In this document: positions 1 to 11,081 of the stretch, in pieces
Layout of the letters: every line of letters starts with the position of its first letter
How positions within the stretch are numbered: position 1 is the stretch's first letter
Virus record (IMG/VR): IMGVR_UViG_3300035235_000230
Span: 1-44,204 of that record
DNA: 44,204 nt
Strand: one strand, 5' to 3'
From: a virus
Taxonomy: Duplodnaviria; Caudoviricetes
Program-made: the position numbers and the translations under genes
Notes under the pieces: generated by a model
The model's database searches: none
The model's input: the letters and a program-made list of their open reading frames with translations, nothing else
What the model was told of the DNA's origin: nothing

Positions 1-1
1 C

Positions 2-988
2 AACAAGCAAGATCCTGAAATAGAAGCCTACCGCCTTGGATTACTGGGCGATACTCAGGGGTTGGTGCGGGATCAGATTTTTGGTCAAAACGTACAAAAC
101 CTTCGGGACCAAGGCTTGGATGACGCCTCGATTGCGGAACGCTTAGGCAGAGAAGTTGCGGATGTTGGAAATATTTCCCAAGACCAATTGTTTGGTCCTC
201 CAGAGTATGAAACCGCTGGAATCTCCACGGGAGAACAGGCGGCTATTGATTTAGCGTCTAAGGGTATTGGTGGTTATCAAGAGTATTTAGATCAATCTGC
301 GGAATATTTAAAAGACGCGAGTTCTACATTACAAGCTCCCGCGGCACAGTTTGATCCCTCTGGTATTGGCGCATTTATGAATCCTTACGAGGATGCTGCG
401 GTAGCACAAGCGCTACAAGACGTTGCGAGTGCAGGGGAACGTCAGCGCGTGGACTTGGGCGCAAGAGAGGCTATGGCAGGAGGCTTTGGCCGCGCAAGAG
501 GCGGCGTGGAGCAAGCCCTATTGTCCGAAAAGATTATGGATCAACAAGCGCGGACCGCGTCTCAGATGCGTCAAGAAGGGTATGAAAGCGCGGCGCAACG
601 AGCGCAGCAAGCCTTTGAGCAACAGCAGGGGCGGGCACAACAAGGCGCAATGGGACTTGGAAATCTTGCCATGAACTACAGTAACTTGGGTCAAATGGGA
701 AGCGCGTTGACCGCCGCGGACATTGACAGGTTAATGACCACTGGTGGTTTAGAGCGCGGGATTGATCAAGCGGGAATAGATGCCTTGCGGATGACTAACT
801 TGCAGAATTATTCTCAGCCGTTCCAGCAATATGGTTTTTTGTCTGATATTTATAGCGGAGTGCCTACGGGTTCGTCTACAATGCAAGTGTCATCTATGCC
901 TTCAGCTAATCCGTTTCAAACAGCGGTTGGCTTGGGAATAGGTGCGTATGGCGCGGCTACAGGCGCTAAAAATTCGGGGATATTGTAA
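2..988 (+). CDS. Internal virion / DNA ejection protein, 5'-truncated
   Basis: The frame is open from base 2 (NKQDPEIEAYRLGLLG...). The protein is Q/A/G-rich and helical, with MNPY and a C-terminal glycine-rich hydrophobic segment (AVGLGIGAYGA). It heads a cluster of large low-complexity genes. Confidence 0.6.
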   Translation, partial: NKQDPEIEAYRLGLLGDTQGLVRDQIFGQNVQNLRDQGLDDASIAERLGREVADVGNISQDQLFGPPEYETAGISTGEQAAIDLASKGIGGYQEYLDQSAEYLKDASSTLQAPAAQFDPSGIGAFMNPYEDAAVAQALQDVASAGERQRVDLGAREAMAGGFGRARGGVEQALLSEKIMDQQARTASQMRQEGYESAAQRAQQAFEQQQGRAQQGAMGLGNLAMNYSNLGQMGSALTAADIDRLMTTGGLERGIDQAGIDALRMTNLQNYSQPFQQYGFLSDIYSGVPTGSSTMQVSSMPSANPFQTAVGLGIGAYGAATGAKNSGIL

Positions 989-3642
989 TGAACGAAGGTT
1001 TAAGATCACTGCCTGAAGATGTGCAGAAAAAGATATTAGGTAAAGCGATGGGCGGCGTAATGCAGCGGCCTTTGTTTCGTCAGATGGGCGGTCCAGCGCA
1101 ACCTATGCCGCAAGACATGATGCAGCAACCTATGATGCCGCCTGCGGAGCCAACGGCCCAAGCTGAAATGCAGGGGCAGGCTGTTGGGGAAGAAGTAGCG
1201 GCCCGCACAATGGGTAACATAGATGCGGCTACTGATGTTAAATCTGCGATTGACGCTCTTCGGGGCAACGCGGCTCCCATAGAAGCGCGGTATCAGGAGC
1301 TTGCTAACTTTGTTGGAGAGCGGGACGCGGCCCAGACGCCAGAGTCCGTTTTGGCTTTGACCCAGCCTGCTATTATGATGACAGAGCAGGGTGCAATGGA
1401 TAGCGGCATTGGCGAGTTGATGCAGAGGGTTGCGGGCGACACGCAAATGGACCAAGGCATGGACCAAGGGTTAGGCGGCTTAATGATGCAGGGGGCGGGA
1501 AACACACCACCCCAAAATTTTAGGCAGGGTGGGCCCGTAGAGGTCCGCGGTTACCAACAAGCAGGCGAAGTAAAAGAGGACGGGGGAAATTCATTAACTG
1601 GAATAAATCCGTATCTTACAAGAGCTACCGCTGCGCGTGAAAACATCTTGGGCACTCCAGAAGAACGGGCCGCGCAGTTAGCGCGAGCGCAACAGAGTGC
1701 GCGTTCAGATGCAATGTTTAATCTAGCGAATTTTGGTTTGGCGTTTGCGGGAGAGACGCAGGGCAATACGGTTGCGGAGAGATTAGCTAACGCTGCAACG
1801 CGTTCTAATGTTGTGGGCGGTTTTCAACAGGCGGGTAAGGATGTTGCTGCGGCACGTACTTTACAAGAACAGCAAGACCAACAGATGAGATTAAGCGCGT
1901 TGGATTCCGCTGAAAGATCATTGGCGGCGCAAGAAGAGCGCGGAGGCCGCATGGCTTTGGAAGAGTTAAAAATCGAGGCGGACAATCAACGCCTTGATAA
2001 GCAACTTGCAGCACAAATCGCGGCTGCAACAACAGCCTTTGGTAGGCAGGAGATTTTAAATAAAACGGCAGCGGGTTATGAAGAGCGAATTGCTAATCTT
2101 AGGATAAGTGCAACTGCCGCAGAGGGCACGGCTAATCGCAAACTGCAAGAACGCTTACAAAACGCAGCTAATTCACTCCAAGAAAAATTAGTCGGTCTGA
2201 GAGCCGACGCTAATCTTGGTAACAATGTTGCGATGTTTAACCTGCAAAGCGCCCTTGATCTTGAAAAGATGGAGATGGGTCAAGAGTTTGAAATAGCCAA
2301 GATGAACACCATGCAGGGTTATGAAACCATTGCGGCTGAAAAGCAGATGGCGTTTACGGCGGCACAGAACTCCTTAAATCGCATGGTAACTCGCGGAGAG
2401 GGTGCGAAGAATCGCAGCTTCCAAGAGAGCCAAGCAGAATTTAATGCTGGGTTGCAAAAAGACTTGAAACAAATGGGTCTTGACGAACAAGCCACGGCTC
2501 GCGCTTTGCAACACGCCCAATTTATGATTTCTTCTGCGCAAAAAGACCATCAATTGCAGCAAGGTGATGAACAGTTAACCTTGAACGGGGCTATTGCAGG
2601 GGTAGATGCTCAGTACAAAGCTGGAAAACTGGCTCTGGAAAAAGAAGCAATGAATGTTGTCAAGCTGGGTAGCGAGGCAAAGAGTTCTCAAATCAAGTAT
2701 ATTACTAATGCAGAGCGCCTTAACCAGTATGCCAACGGCGAGCTTGGAGACAATGCAACCACCTTTGAACAAGCCATACTAGACTATATGAAGCCCACGG
2801 AAACATGGGATTCTGCGTTGGGTAAGTATGTACAAGGCAAGTCTCCGGATCTTGCGCCGCGGGTCAAGAAGGCTATTCAAGCGGGTAGCCCAGAGTTCTT
2901 CAATCAATTGTTTGGTGGGGGCGGTACTCCTGCGCCAGATGCAGATGGCACGGCTTCCGCGGACGACGGACCTATTAATCTAGCAAAAAAAGCTCCGGGC
3001 GTGATGACTGCGGATGGAAAAGTAAATCTTGATTCACCGTTGTTTGACCGTGCGGACCCAACATTGTTTAAGCCAGAGGTTGATTATTCGGTGGCAATCG
3101 GGGCTTCCCGATTACTTCCCGCTGCGAGCAAAATGCTTTCCGAGACAGCTTCTGAATTTGGAATTGGTGAAGGAACTGGTCCCCAAGGTCGAAATCTTGG
3201 ACAAGCAAATACAGATTTAACGACTTTGGCAAACCGTTTATTCTCTTTGACCGTAGACAAGTCTCAAGATGATCGCGTGTTAAAATCAGTTCAAGAGAAA
3301 TTGGAGAAAGAAGTAGAAGGGATCAGACCCGGCGGATTTGCGCTTAAAAACGATTCGGATGCATTAGCGGGTTTTAAATCATTGGCTGATTCCTTGGCTC
3401 TTATTATTGAGCGCAACGCGGTTAAAGTGCCAGAGTTTGGCGGAAACGCAGAAGGTTTCAAAGCTGAACAGGTTACTAGCGCTCGCGACGACATTATTTA
3501 TTCTGTGCAAATGTTGAACGAAGTTCTTGCTTTCCAAAAGCAGTTTGAACTGAATGTTGTAGGGGCGCAAGATAGACCATCTACAGATCAAGGTGTGGAC
3601 GCCGCAGTAAACTTTTTAGACAACTTAGTTCCAAAACCATAA
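988..3642 (+). CDS. Large coiled-coil internal virion protein (884 aa)
   Basis: Long ORF coupled to the upstream stop (TAATG), Q/A/E-rich coiled coil, located in the ejection-protein cluster. Confidence 0.6.
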   Translation: MNEGLRSLPEDVQKKILGKAMGGVMQRPLFRQMGGPAQPMPQDMMQQPMMPPAEPTAQAEMQGQAVGEEVAARTMGNIDAATDVKSAIDALRGNAAPIEARYQELANFVGERDAAQTPESVLALTQPAIMMTEQGAMDSGIGELMQRVAGDTQMDQGMDQGLGGLMMQGAGNTPPQNFRQGGPVEVRGYQQAGEVKEDGGNSLTGINPYLTRATAARENILGTPEERAAQLARAQQSARSDAMFNLANFGLAFAGETQGNTVAERLANAATRSNVVGGFQQAGKDVAAARTLQEQQDQQMRLSALDSAERSLAAQEERGGRMALEELKIEADNQRLDKQLAAQIAAATTAFGRQEILNKTAAGYEERIANLRISATAAEGTANRKLQERLQNAANSLQEKLVGLRADANLGNNVAMFNLQSALDLEKMEMGQEFEIAKMNTMQGYETIAAEKQMAFTAAQNSLNRMVTRGEGAKNRSFQESQAEFNAGLQKDLKQMGLDEQATARALQHAQFMISSAQKDHQLQQGDEQLTLNGAIAGVDAQYKAGKLALEKEAMNVVKLGSEAKSSQIKYITNAERLNQYANGELGDNATTFEQAILDYMKPTETWDSALGKYVQGKSPDLAPRVKKAIQAGSPEFFNQLFGGGGTPAPDADGTASADDGPINLAKKAPGVMTADGKVNLDSPLFDRADPTLFKPEVDYSVAIGASRLLPAASKMLSETASEFGIGEGTGPQGRNLGQANTDLTTLANRLFSLTVDKSQDDRVLKSVQEKLEKEVEGIRPGGFALKNDSDALAGFKSLADSLALIIERNAVKVPEFGGNAEGFKAEQVTSARDDIIYSVQMLNEVLAFQKQFELNVVGAQDRPSTDQGVDAAVNFLDNLVPKP

Positions 3643-3654
3643 TGGATATGTAAG

Positions 3655-6600
3655 ATGGCAGAACAAGGACCACAACTGACTGAAGGCATAACAAGCGTTA
3701 AACAACAGTTTACAAAAGAACAGTTTGACGAAGCCTTGCAAAAGTTTGGAGCTAATAACTTAGCTAGAGCCCTGACGCAAAGGGCTTCTTCTTTAATGCC
3801 TGACGAATACAAATTTACGTTTGAAGACTTTCAAAGCGGTGACGCCCCGATCCTTGATCAAATGCCGATGTTTCGGGAGATGTCCAAAGACGACAGACAG
3901 CGTTACTTTGGAGACGTAAATTCTTTTTTCAGTATCTTCTCTAATGTAGAAGACTTTGGAAAGTATGATCCGTCAACTGCATCAAAACCCGGTGCGGAAG
4001 CCGCCGCTGACAAATTTGCTAGAAACATTCCTATCGGAACCGCTATGGGAGAAGGGTTGCTGGTCGGATCGCGTCTTGCAAAAAGTGTTGCGGATAAAAT
4101 ACCTGTGCGTGATCCAAGAGGCTTAGCCTTGAAGCTTGGAGTTTACGGCACAGGGGCTACTTTAGGCGCAGTTGGAGGCGCGATGGTGGGCCAAGAGGCT
4201 TCTGATCTTATCTTTGGTGAGGAACAGCCCGTCAGCCCATCATTACGAGCTTATCAAAACTTTGGGGAAACCACAGGTCTTACTATTAACCCCAGCTTTT
4301 TATCACAAACCCGTCGTTGGACTACCGATAAAAACTGGTTGGGGGCCTCTAACTTCTTAGAAAACTTCAAAAAGGTTACCCGCGACAGGTGGCCCGGTTA
4401 TGGCAATGCCTTTGACCTTACAGGAGGAGCCGCAGGCTTGTCCGCAAAGCAGCTAGAAGTGGCAAGAAACGCGCAATCTGGATTACTCATTGATCGTACC
4501 AAAGGTCCGACTGGCGTTAGATTATTGTCCGCGTTTGAAAAAGCGCTGCCCGCGGCCCAAGAGTTTGCAGTTAAAAACCCTTACTTTACTCTAGGGTTAG
4601 ATGTGTTTTCGGGCGTAGGTGCAGGAACAGGTGCTTTTGTAGCAGAAGAGATGGCCCCCGGATCTAATGGAACGCGGTTGCTTCTTGAATTAATAGGTGG
4701 AGGTCTTCCGGGGCCCGCAGTTGAGCTTGGAACACGCGGGGGACAAGCGGGTTTTGACAAATTGAAAACCTCCTTAATGCGTTATTTTTTGGACAGAGAA
4801 GGCGCAATGACCGCCGCTCAAGAAAAAGTGGCCTCTAACCGTATTTATAGCGCATTAGAGCAGGCTACGGAATCGGACACCAACCAAATAGATTTATTAC
4901 TGGGCATAATCGCGGAAGAAGCGGCCCTTATTGAGGATGGCACTAAGTCCAGCGTCAGTTTGGCCGCGGCGGCTAAAGGGAGCAAACTTGCTCCTGCTTT
5001 GGTTCAAATTGATCAGATGCTTTCAAAAGGTCTTAACGAACTTTCCGTTACCTCAAAAGCAGGCAAAGAGGCTTGGATACAAGGCGCTAAAAACAAAATA
5101 CTGGAGTTTCAAAACTCCGGTGATCCTACGCTTGTCGCAACAGCAAATCTATTACAGAAGGGTTTGTTTGAAGAGGCTTTAGCTGGAGAAATGCAAAGTC
5201 GCGTAAACCGCATGTACAGTGCTTTAAAAGCTGTTGCGGGAGACGATCCTAATAATCTGCAAAAATACCCTGTCGCGGACATGCTGTACCAGCGTCTCTC
5301 CACTTTTGTTTCCGATACGAAACAAATGGAAGGAGACTTCTGGAACAACGTAACTAACTTTGAGTTGACTGAATTTAGAAACGCCAACGGCGAGTTACAA
5401 GATTTACCCAACACTGTTCAGATTTTTGACACTCCAAAGAACCAAGGTGGTCTTCAATTCCCATCTCAGACAGGTCGCGCAACTTTTTTAGCGGCGGCTC
5501 CAAAAGGGTTGGCTAAAGACTTAACAGAGATTTTTGAATACTTCGGACAAAGCTTTGACGATGTGTTTCCAGAAATTGCCGAAGAAGCTAGTGAGCAAAT
5601 GTCTGGTCGTTTGCGCACGGCACTGAGCAGTTTTGAGGAAACTCAGGATGCCTTGCGAGGGACCGATAGCTTTAATGTTTTGCAGCGCGACATAGAGCGC
5701 GTCAACCAAATGGATAGTGTGGACGAAAAGGTCACCTATCTACGCTCTCAGGCGGAAATGCTAAAGTCTAACGCCAGAGATTACGACAATCCGCGCACGG
5801 TCCAAAGACTAGGTACGGCCCTAGATCGTTTGGCTACCGTGGAGCAAGCACGGGCCCAACAAGAGGCCACTGATTTAGCTCAAAGCGTTGTGCCCGGAGA
5901 AGAAGCTCCAAACCCAATGACCTCAGAGCGGTTGATTGAAATACGGTCAAAACTCTTAGAAGCGGCGGGTAATCTAAGAAGTGGCACCAACAAGCGCGGT
6001 AATAGCGATACCGCGGAGAAGCTGGACCGCCTTGCTAACGCAGTTCTTGACGACGTTCTTAGCGCAGATACAGATGCTGCGGATTACAATGCCGCTCGTG
6101 CCTTTACTTTAGCGCGGCGTGATTTGACACAGAGAACCTTTCTAGGGGATCTTGGTAATGCAGACCCGCTGGGCAGACCGCGGGTCACGCCAGAAGGCAT
6201 GTTGGATTATATGTTTAAGGGTGGCAATGATTCCGTTCTGCGTCGGTTTAATGAGCTTGAAACTGTAAATCAGTTTATTAGAACTCAGATGGGCCTGCCT
6301 GAAGGCGACGCTGCGGAGTATGCGGGAGACGTTGCTAACGCATACGAAAACGCTTTCCGGTATACTGCTTCTAAAATTATGGTGGATGGACCTGATCCCA
6401 ACGATCCAAATCAAACCATTAAGATGGTTGATCCTAAACGTCTAAGAGATTTTAAAGCGGATCCAGCAAATCAACAGATTTTAGCAACGATGCCTAACTT
6501 AGCTAAAGACCTTAAAAGTGCCAGCAAAGCACAGATGTTGTTTTCCAGCATAGATCCGGATAAATTTTTTAAACAAAATCCTGAAATGAAAGCTTTTGAG

Positions 6601-7827
6601 TTAGCTGCTAATCTTGGAACAGAAAAACCGGGCAAAGCGGTTGCTAAAATAATGGGTCAGGACAATCCGTTCAGGGATCTTAACTTCATGCTAAACGGAG
6701 TTCGTAATGAACAGAAGGCCCGCATTTTGCAAAACGGCGAGGTAAAGGTAACAACTAAACCTCGCAAGAATATCTTCTCAGAAGACGGTACAAAGTTTAC
6801 CGTCGGCGATGCTGAAAAGGGGATGAGGTCCGCTATAATGAACTATGCTATTATGCGCGGCGGCGGTGATGGACTTAACATCAATCCCAAAAACATCTTT
6901 GATACGTTGTTCACGAAACCTCCGGGGATTAAAGACGCGGACAATACGTTAATGAATTGGATGAGGAAAAATGACCTCGTGACTGAGGATGAATCCACCA
7001 TCATACGGCAATCTTTGCGTGAGATGATAAACGTTGAAGAAGCCTTTCAACAGGGCAACCTTGAGAACGTTTTGTTTAAGAACCCAACGCAGTCAAAGCG
7101 CACAGGTATTCGTATTTTAGGTGCTACGCTTGGTCAAAAGTCTCAAGAATCCCTGAACAACATGCTTAGTAAGATTGGTTTAGGTACTACTGGCGGCGGT
7201 ATCGGCGGTGGCATGATTGCAGCGGAAGAAGGCTCGCAAGCCTTGCAGAACATTTTGCTAGTCGCTCCAGAAACAGCCGTTGTTAAAACAATGCAGAAAT
7301 TAATGGAAGACCCCAAAAAGTTTTCTGAGATGTTGCTCGACATTCGTAATGCAAAGCAAGACGCTGCAAGTACAGAGCGTTTGAACACTTTGATGGCTGA
7401 GTTCGGAGTCAATCAATTAGCTAAACGAGACGCCGTAATCTTACGCTCCCTTCTGTTAGAAGAAGAAGAGTTTGAGCCAGAAGCGTTACCAGAAGCTGTA
7501 CCTTCCCAAGAGGAAACAACTCCACAAGATCAAAGAAACCTGCGCGGACGCAACAGACCACGTGATGACAGAAAGCCTATGCAGCTTAGTCCACAACCTC
7601 CCGCAGCTTCTCAAGGACGTAATGTCCCTCGCTCGCAGCCTGTAGGCACTCCCACCACTCAGGCGGCTCTCCCCGCTCCGCAACCCCCCATGATTAGCGG
7701 GGCGGGGACGAATCCACAGTTGCGGCAACAATACGCCGCGCTGTTCCCAAATGATCCAATATCGGGTATGTTGGTTCAACAGCCACGGACCTTCCGTCGC
7801 GGCGGCATAGCAAGCTTAATGGAGTAG
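3655..7827 (+). CDS. Very large internal virion / ejectosome protein (1390 aa)
   Basis: Glycine-rich hydrophobic segments, helical body and a P/Q-rich C-terminus ending YAALFPND...FRRGGIASL. Size and position fit a podovirus core protein. Confidence 0.6.
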   Translation: MAEQGPQLTEGITSVKQQFTKEQFDEALQKFGANNLARALTQRASSLMPDEYKFTFEDFQSGDAPILDQMPMFREMSKDDRQRYFGDVNSFFSIFSNVEDFGKYDPSTASKPGAEAAADKFARNIPIGTAMGEGLLVGSRLAKSVADKIPVRDPRGLALKLGVYGTGATLGAVGGAMVGQEASDLIFGEEQPVSPSLRAYQNFGETTGLTINPSFLSQTRRWTTDKNWLGASNFLENFKKVTRDRWPGYGNAFDLTGGAAGLSAKQLEVARNAQSGLLIDRTKGPTGVRLLSAFEKALPAAQEFAVKNPYFTLGLDVFSGVGAGTGAFVAEEMAPGSNGTRLLLELIGGGLPGPAVELGTRGGQAGFDKLKTSLMRYFLDREGAMTAAQEKVASNRIYSALEQATESDTNQIDLLLGIIAEEAALIEDGTKSSVSLAAAAKGSKLAPALVQIDQMLSKGLNELSVTSKAGKEAWIQGAKNKILEFQNSGDPTLVATANLLQKGLFEEALAGEMQSRVNRMYSALKAVAGDDPNNLQKYPVADMLYQRLSTFVSDTKQMEGDFWNNVTNFELTEFRNANGELQDLPNTVQIFDTPKNQGGLQFPSQTGRATFLAAAPKGLAKDLTEIFEYFGQSFDDVFPEIAEEASEQMSGRLRTALSSFEETQDALRGTDSFNVLQRDIERVNQMDSVDEKVTYLRSQAEMLKSNARDYDNPRTVQRLGTALDRLATVEQARAQQEATDLAQSVVPGEEAPNPMTSERLIEIRSKLLEAAGNLRSGTNKRGNSDTAEKLDRLANAVLDDVLSADTDAADYNAARAFTLARRDLTQRTFLGDLGNADPLGRPRVTPEGMLDYMFKGGNDSVLRRFNELETVNQFIRTQMGLPEGDAAEYAGDVANAYENAFRYTASKIMVDGPDPNDPNQTIKMVDPKRLRDFKADPANQQILATMPNLAKDLKSASKAQMLFSSIDPDKFFKQNPEMKAFELAANLGTEKPGKAVAKIMGQDNPFRDLNFMLNGVRNEQKARILQNGEVKVTTKPRKNIFSEDGTKFTVGDAEKGMRSAIMNYAIMRGGGDGLNINPKNIFDTLFTKPPGIKDADNTLMNWMRKNDLVTEDESTIIRQSLREMINVEEAFQQGNLENVLFKNPTQSKRTGIRILGATLGQKSQESLNNMLSKIGLGTTGGGIGGGMIAAEEGSQALQNILLVAPETAVVKTMQKLMEDPKKFSEMLLDIRNAKQDAASTERLNTLMAEFGVNQLAKRDAVILRSLLLEEEEFEPEALPEAVPSQEETTPQDQRNLRGRNRPRDDRKPMQLSPQPPAASQGRNVPRSQPVGTPTTQAALPAPQPPMISGAGTNPQLRQQYAALFPNDPISGMLVQQPRTFRRGGIASLME

Positions 7828-7830
7828 ACG

Positions 7831-8505
7831 ATGGGTTTCTTTGACGATTTAGCTGGGGCTTTTGGGTACGATAGCGGTGCAGATCTGATTGACGGCGGTG
7901 GACCCGGACGAAGCGGAGCTAGATTTTCGTCGGGTGACACAGGTGCGTTTGCAGGCGAGTCGAACTATGTATCTGAACAAATGTACCGCGAAGCTGAGAA
8001 AAACCAGCCAGAGGCTTTTGCTCAGGCACAGGGTGGTATTGCATCTTTATCAAACATGGCGGGCTTTCGCCCAAAGGGCAGTTATGAGCAAGAACGCAAT
8101 TTAGGTGCGCAGGGTATAAATATTGGTACTTCCGGTATCGGTGACTATATGGCAGGCCAAGGCGCAATTGGCAGTTTTATTCGCGGCGGCGTTCCTTCTG
8201 CGTTTCAAAGAGTCGAGCCAAACGTGCCTCTTGGAAATAGTTTAGACCCCGCCACCGTGCAGTTTTTCAATGAAGAGGCAGCGGAAGTCCCCACTTTGAT
8301 GGAACGCTTGCGTTTAACTCCGGAATTTGAAAATCCAAATCCTCCTATGATGTTTAATTCAGACAATGATAACAATTCTTTTACGCCCGCACCTCCTAAA
8401 ATAGAAGAGATTATAGCGGAACAACAGCAACCGAGGGGTAGACAAGTATTTGTAGCCCCCTTGAGACGAAATCTTGGAGGCATTGTCTCACTAGGGAGAC
8501 GATAA
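7831..8505 (+). CDS. Hypothetical virion-associated protein (224 aa)
   Basis: GGAG RBS upstream, glycine-rich, carries GGIASL and GGIVSL motifs. Confidence 0.55.
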   Translation: MGFFDDLAGAFGYDSGADLIDGGGPGRSGARFSSGDTGAFAGESNYVSEQMYREAEKNQPEAFAQAQGGIASLSNMAGFRPKGSYEQERNLGAQGINIGTSGIGDYMAGQGAIGSFIRGGVPSAFQRVEPNVPLGNSLDPATVQFFNEEAAEVPTLMERLRLTPEFENPNPPMMFNSDNDNNSFTPAPPKIEEIIAEQQQPRGRQVFVAPLRRNLGGIVSLGRR

Positions 8506-11081
8506 TGGCTGACGTCCCTGCACCAGTAGAAACCAATCGCGGCCCACGGGTCCAGACAAATTCCAAGGGCCTTGGCTCTTTTATTCCACCAGAGCTTAAA
8601 GAAACAGGGCGTCGGGCTGTAAACCTTGCCTCTGCTATAGATCCTGTCCAAGGTATAATGCGTGGTATGAGTGCTAGTGGACGCGCCGCAGATACAGACC
8701 TTAGTCCGGAAGAACGCAAAGCCGCCTTGATAGAAGCGGGCATTGAAACCGCGGCTCCTTTGGCAATGATGGGTTTAGGTGCGTTAGCCAAGCAACCCGT
8801 AAAAGCCACTGTGTTAGATATACTTACTCCAACGGGTGCGCCGCAAGCTGTGGTAGACGATGTTGCGGATCCTAGCCGCCGTGCGTTTATGAAAGGCGCG
8901 GTAGCTACGGGAGGCATTGCAGCTATTGCTCCAGACGTAATCACAGAAGCTTTGGAGAAAGTTCCTGCGGCGGTCAAAAAGCTTAAACCTGTACCTAACC
9001 CTATAGATATTTTCACTGAAAACATGAAGATTTTGCGCCGTGAGATGGAAGAGGCTTACGATGCCGCGGACGAAATGGATGTTGATGTGACTGTCTCCGG
9101 ATCAATAAGAGATGCTTACGACGAAGCCATAGAAAGTGCCGAAAAACTTGCATATGATTTGGACGCTACAACAGAAATGGATTTGCGCGAGCTTATTTCT
9201 GATATTGGTCCCAGCCAAATTGCCGAAGCCGCGGATGAGTCGTTAGAAGAAATATCTCAAGCTTTGACTGACTTTAGAATGGTCAGTGAGGATGAGTTCA
9301 TTGAACAGATGATCCCGCTTGCAGAAGAAATAAAACGACGCGGTTTGCTGGAAGTTAAGGATAACGGCATACCTCAGTATCCGTATGCTCGCACCGTCGT
9401 AGAAGACGTCGAAGATTACCGTATTGGTGAAAACAGAGCTAGCAATAACTCCGCGATCATTGACAGGCCGCGGGATCTTCAAATGACGGAAGGCGATGAC
9501 TTTGTTAACTTTGGAAAGCAAAAGCTGAAGCAGCAACAGTTACGAAACATTATAATTGACGGCGAGGCCGACGGCGAAAGTGTGGACGTTATCAACAAAA
9601 AGGTAGTGGACGCTGCAACGCGCCTGAAAGTTCCTTATCCACAAAGAGCGTTTGAAGAGCCAAAGGTAGAATATGTTGATACACAGACTATTGCGGACAA
9701 CGTAGCTCAATTCAACTTTCCTCGTTATGATGTTGGTACATTTGGCGGGGACTTTCCAAGCGGTGATATGGGAAATATGCCGGGATATCTAGCGGAGTTT
9801 CAAGCTTCCGGAAAAGAAACGCTTAAAGAAAATATTTTTAATGAAGGCATTAAGGATCCTATAGAAATTCAAGTGGACCTTAAAGACGGTGGCGTCAGTA
9901 TTGGTCAAGGACACCATCGTTTGCAAGCTGCTCTGGAGCTTGGAATGCCAGAAATCCCAGTGGTAGTGAAAACAGAAGTGACCCCTCGCCCTAATCCAGT
10001 AATGCGTCACCCAACAATTGACACTTCGGGCTTAAAAAAGTTTAAAACTTATTCTTTTTCTGAGCTTGGCTTAGAAAAACGTCTAAAAACACCGAAAGAA
10101 ACACCTGAAGAAATTCAAGCGCGTGGTGGCACGGTGTATACAGATTATGAAACAGGGAAACCTTTCGAAAGAAAACTTCCTCAATATGAAACACCCATGC
10201 GCGAAGGCTTCTTTCGGGTCGTAGATGAAAAAGCCGACGGCGGCGAGATGCGCAAGGGCGTCGGTTCGTTGAGCGAGATTGCCCGTCGTATGAACGAGGG
10301 CGGACCGTCTTCCATTGATGATGAGATAAACGCAATCGTGCCCTCTGTAATCATGGCAGAAAGCAGTAACGATCCAAAGGCGGTCAGTGAGGACGGAGCC
10401 ATTGGGTTGATGCAGGTATTACCGTCCACGGCCATGAAACCGGGCTACGGGCTTCCCACTATCTTTGAGCTTGCTCGCGAACAAGGCTTTGTCGTAGACG
10501 AAGAAACCCCTGAGACAGCAACACAACTATTGTTCATGCCTGATCTAAACGTAGAGTTTGGGTCGCGGTATCTTAAAGCCATGCGCAACGAATACGATAC
10601 GATGGAAGATGCGCTCCGCGCCTACAACGCTGGGCCCGGAAACTTTAATGATTACTTGGCTAAAGGTCGTGACTTGAGCGCATTGGACGATGAGGCCGTA
10701 CAGTATCCGTTGCGGGTCGCCGCGGCAGGGCAAGGAATAAACCCCAACGAGCCCGCGCAATACCAAGCTTTTACAGACTCTCCCGAAGCGTTTTCTACCT
10801 TTATGAACATGGCTTCAGAAGAGCGTCCGCCTGCTCCGCGTCCTCGTGCTAGACCATCTGTCACGTATGACGGCCCACGGCCCATGCAGCGTCCAACGAT
10901 GCCGCAGGATGCTCCGCAACAGCAAATGATGCAGCAAGCTGTCGCAAGTGCTCCACAGCCGCAGAGCTTACAACAGAAGTATTCGCCTCAAGGTATTGAA
11001 CAGATGCTTACTGGAACCATTGGCGAGCCTCTTCTCCCAAGACAGTTTCAGCAAGGTTCACCTTACTCTTCAATGCAGTAA
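8505..11081 (+). CDS. Multidomain virion protein: ParB/Srx-like domain plus soluble lytic transglycosylase
   Basis: ParB-like GIKDPIEI...GQGHHRLQAALELGMPEIPV. SLT motifs AESS, GAIGLMQV and ALRAYNAGPG. Internal SRRAFMK motif. Confidence 0.8.
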   Translation: MADVPAPVETNRGPRVQTNSKGLGSFIPPELKETGRRAVNLASAIDPVQGIMRGMSASGRAADTDLSPEERKAALIEAGIETAAPLAMMGLGALAKQPVKATVLDILTPTGAPQAVVDDVADPSRRAFMKGAVATGGIAAIAPDVITEALEKVPAAVKKLKPVPNPIDIFTENMKILRREMEEAYDAADEMDVDVTVSGSIRDAYDEAIESAEKLAYDLDATTEMDLRELISDIGPSQIAEAADESLEEISQALTDFRMVSEDEFIEQMIPLAEEIKRRGLLEVKDNGIPQYPYARTVVEDVEDYRIGENRASNNSAIIDRPRDLQMTEGDDFVNFGKQKLKQQQLRNIIIDGEADGESVDVINKKVVDAATRLKVPYPQRAFEEPKVEYVDTQTIADNVAQFNFPRYDVGTFGGDFPSGDMGNMPGYLAEFQASGKETLKENIFNEGIKDPIEIQVDLKDGGVSIGQGHHRLQAALELGMPEIPVVVKTEVTPRPNPVMRHPTIDTSGLKKFKTYSFSELGLEKRLKTPKETPEEIQARGGTVYTDYETGKPFERKLPQYETPMREGFFRVVDEKADGGEMRKGVGSLSEIARRMNEGGPSSIDDEINAIVPSVIMAESSNDPKAVSEDGAIGLMQVLPSTAMKPGYGLPTIFELAREQGFVVDEETPETATQLLFMPDLNVEFGSRYLKAMRNEYDTMEDALRAYNAGPGNFNDYLAKGRDLSALDDEAVQYPLRVAAAGQGINPNEPAQYQAFTDSPEAFSTFMNMASEERPPAPRPRARPSVTYDGPRPMQRPTMPQDAPQQQMMQQAVASAPQPQSLQQKYSPQGIEQMLTGTIGEPLLPRQFQQGSPYSSMQ

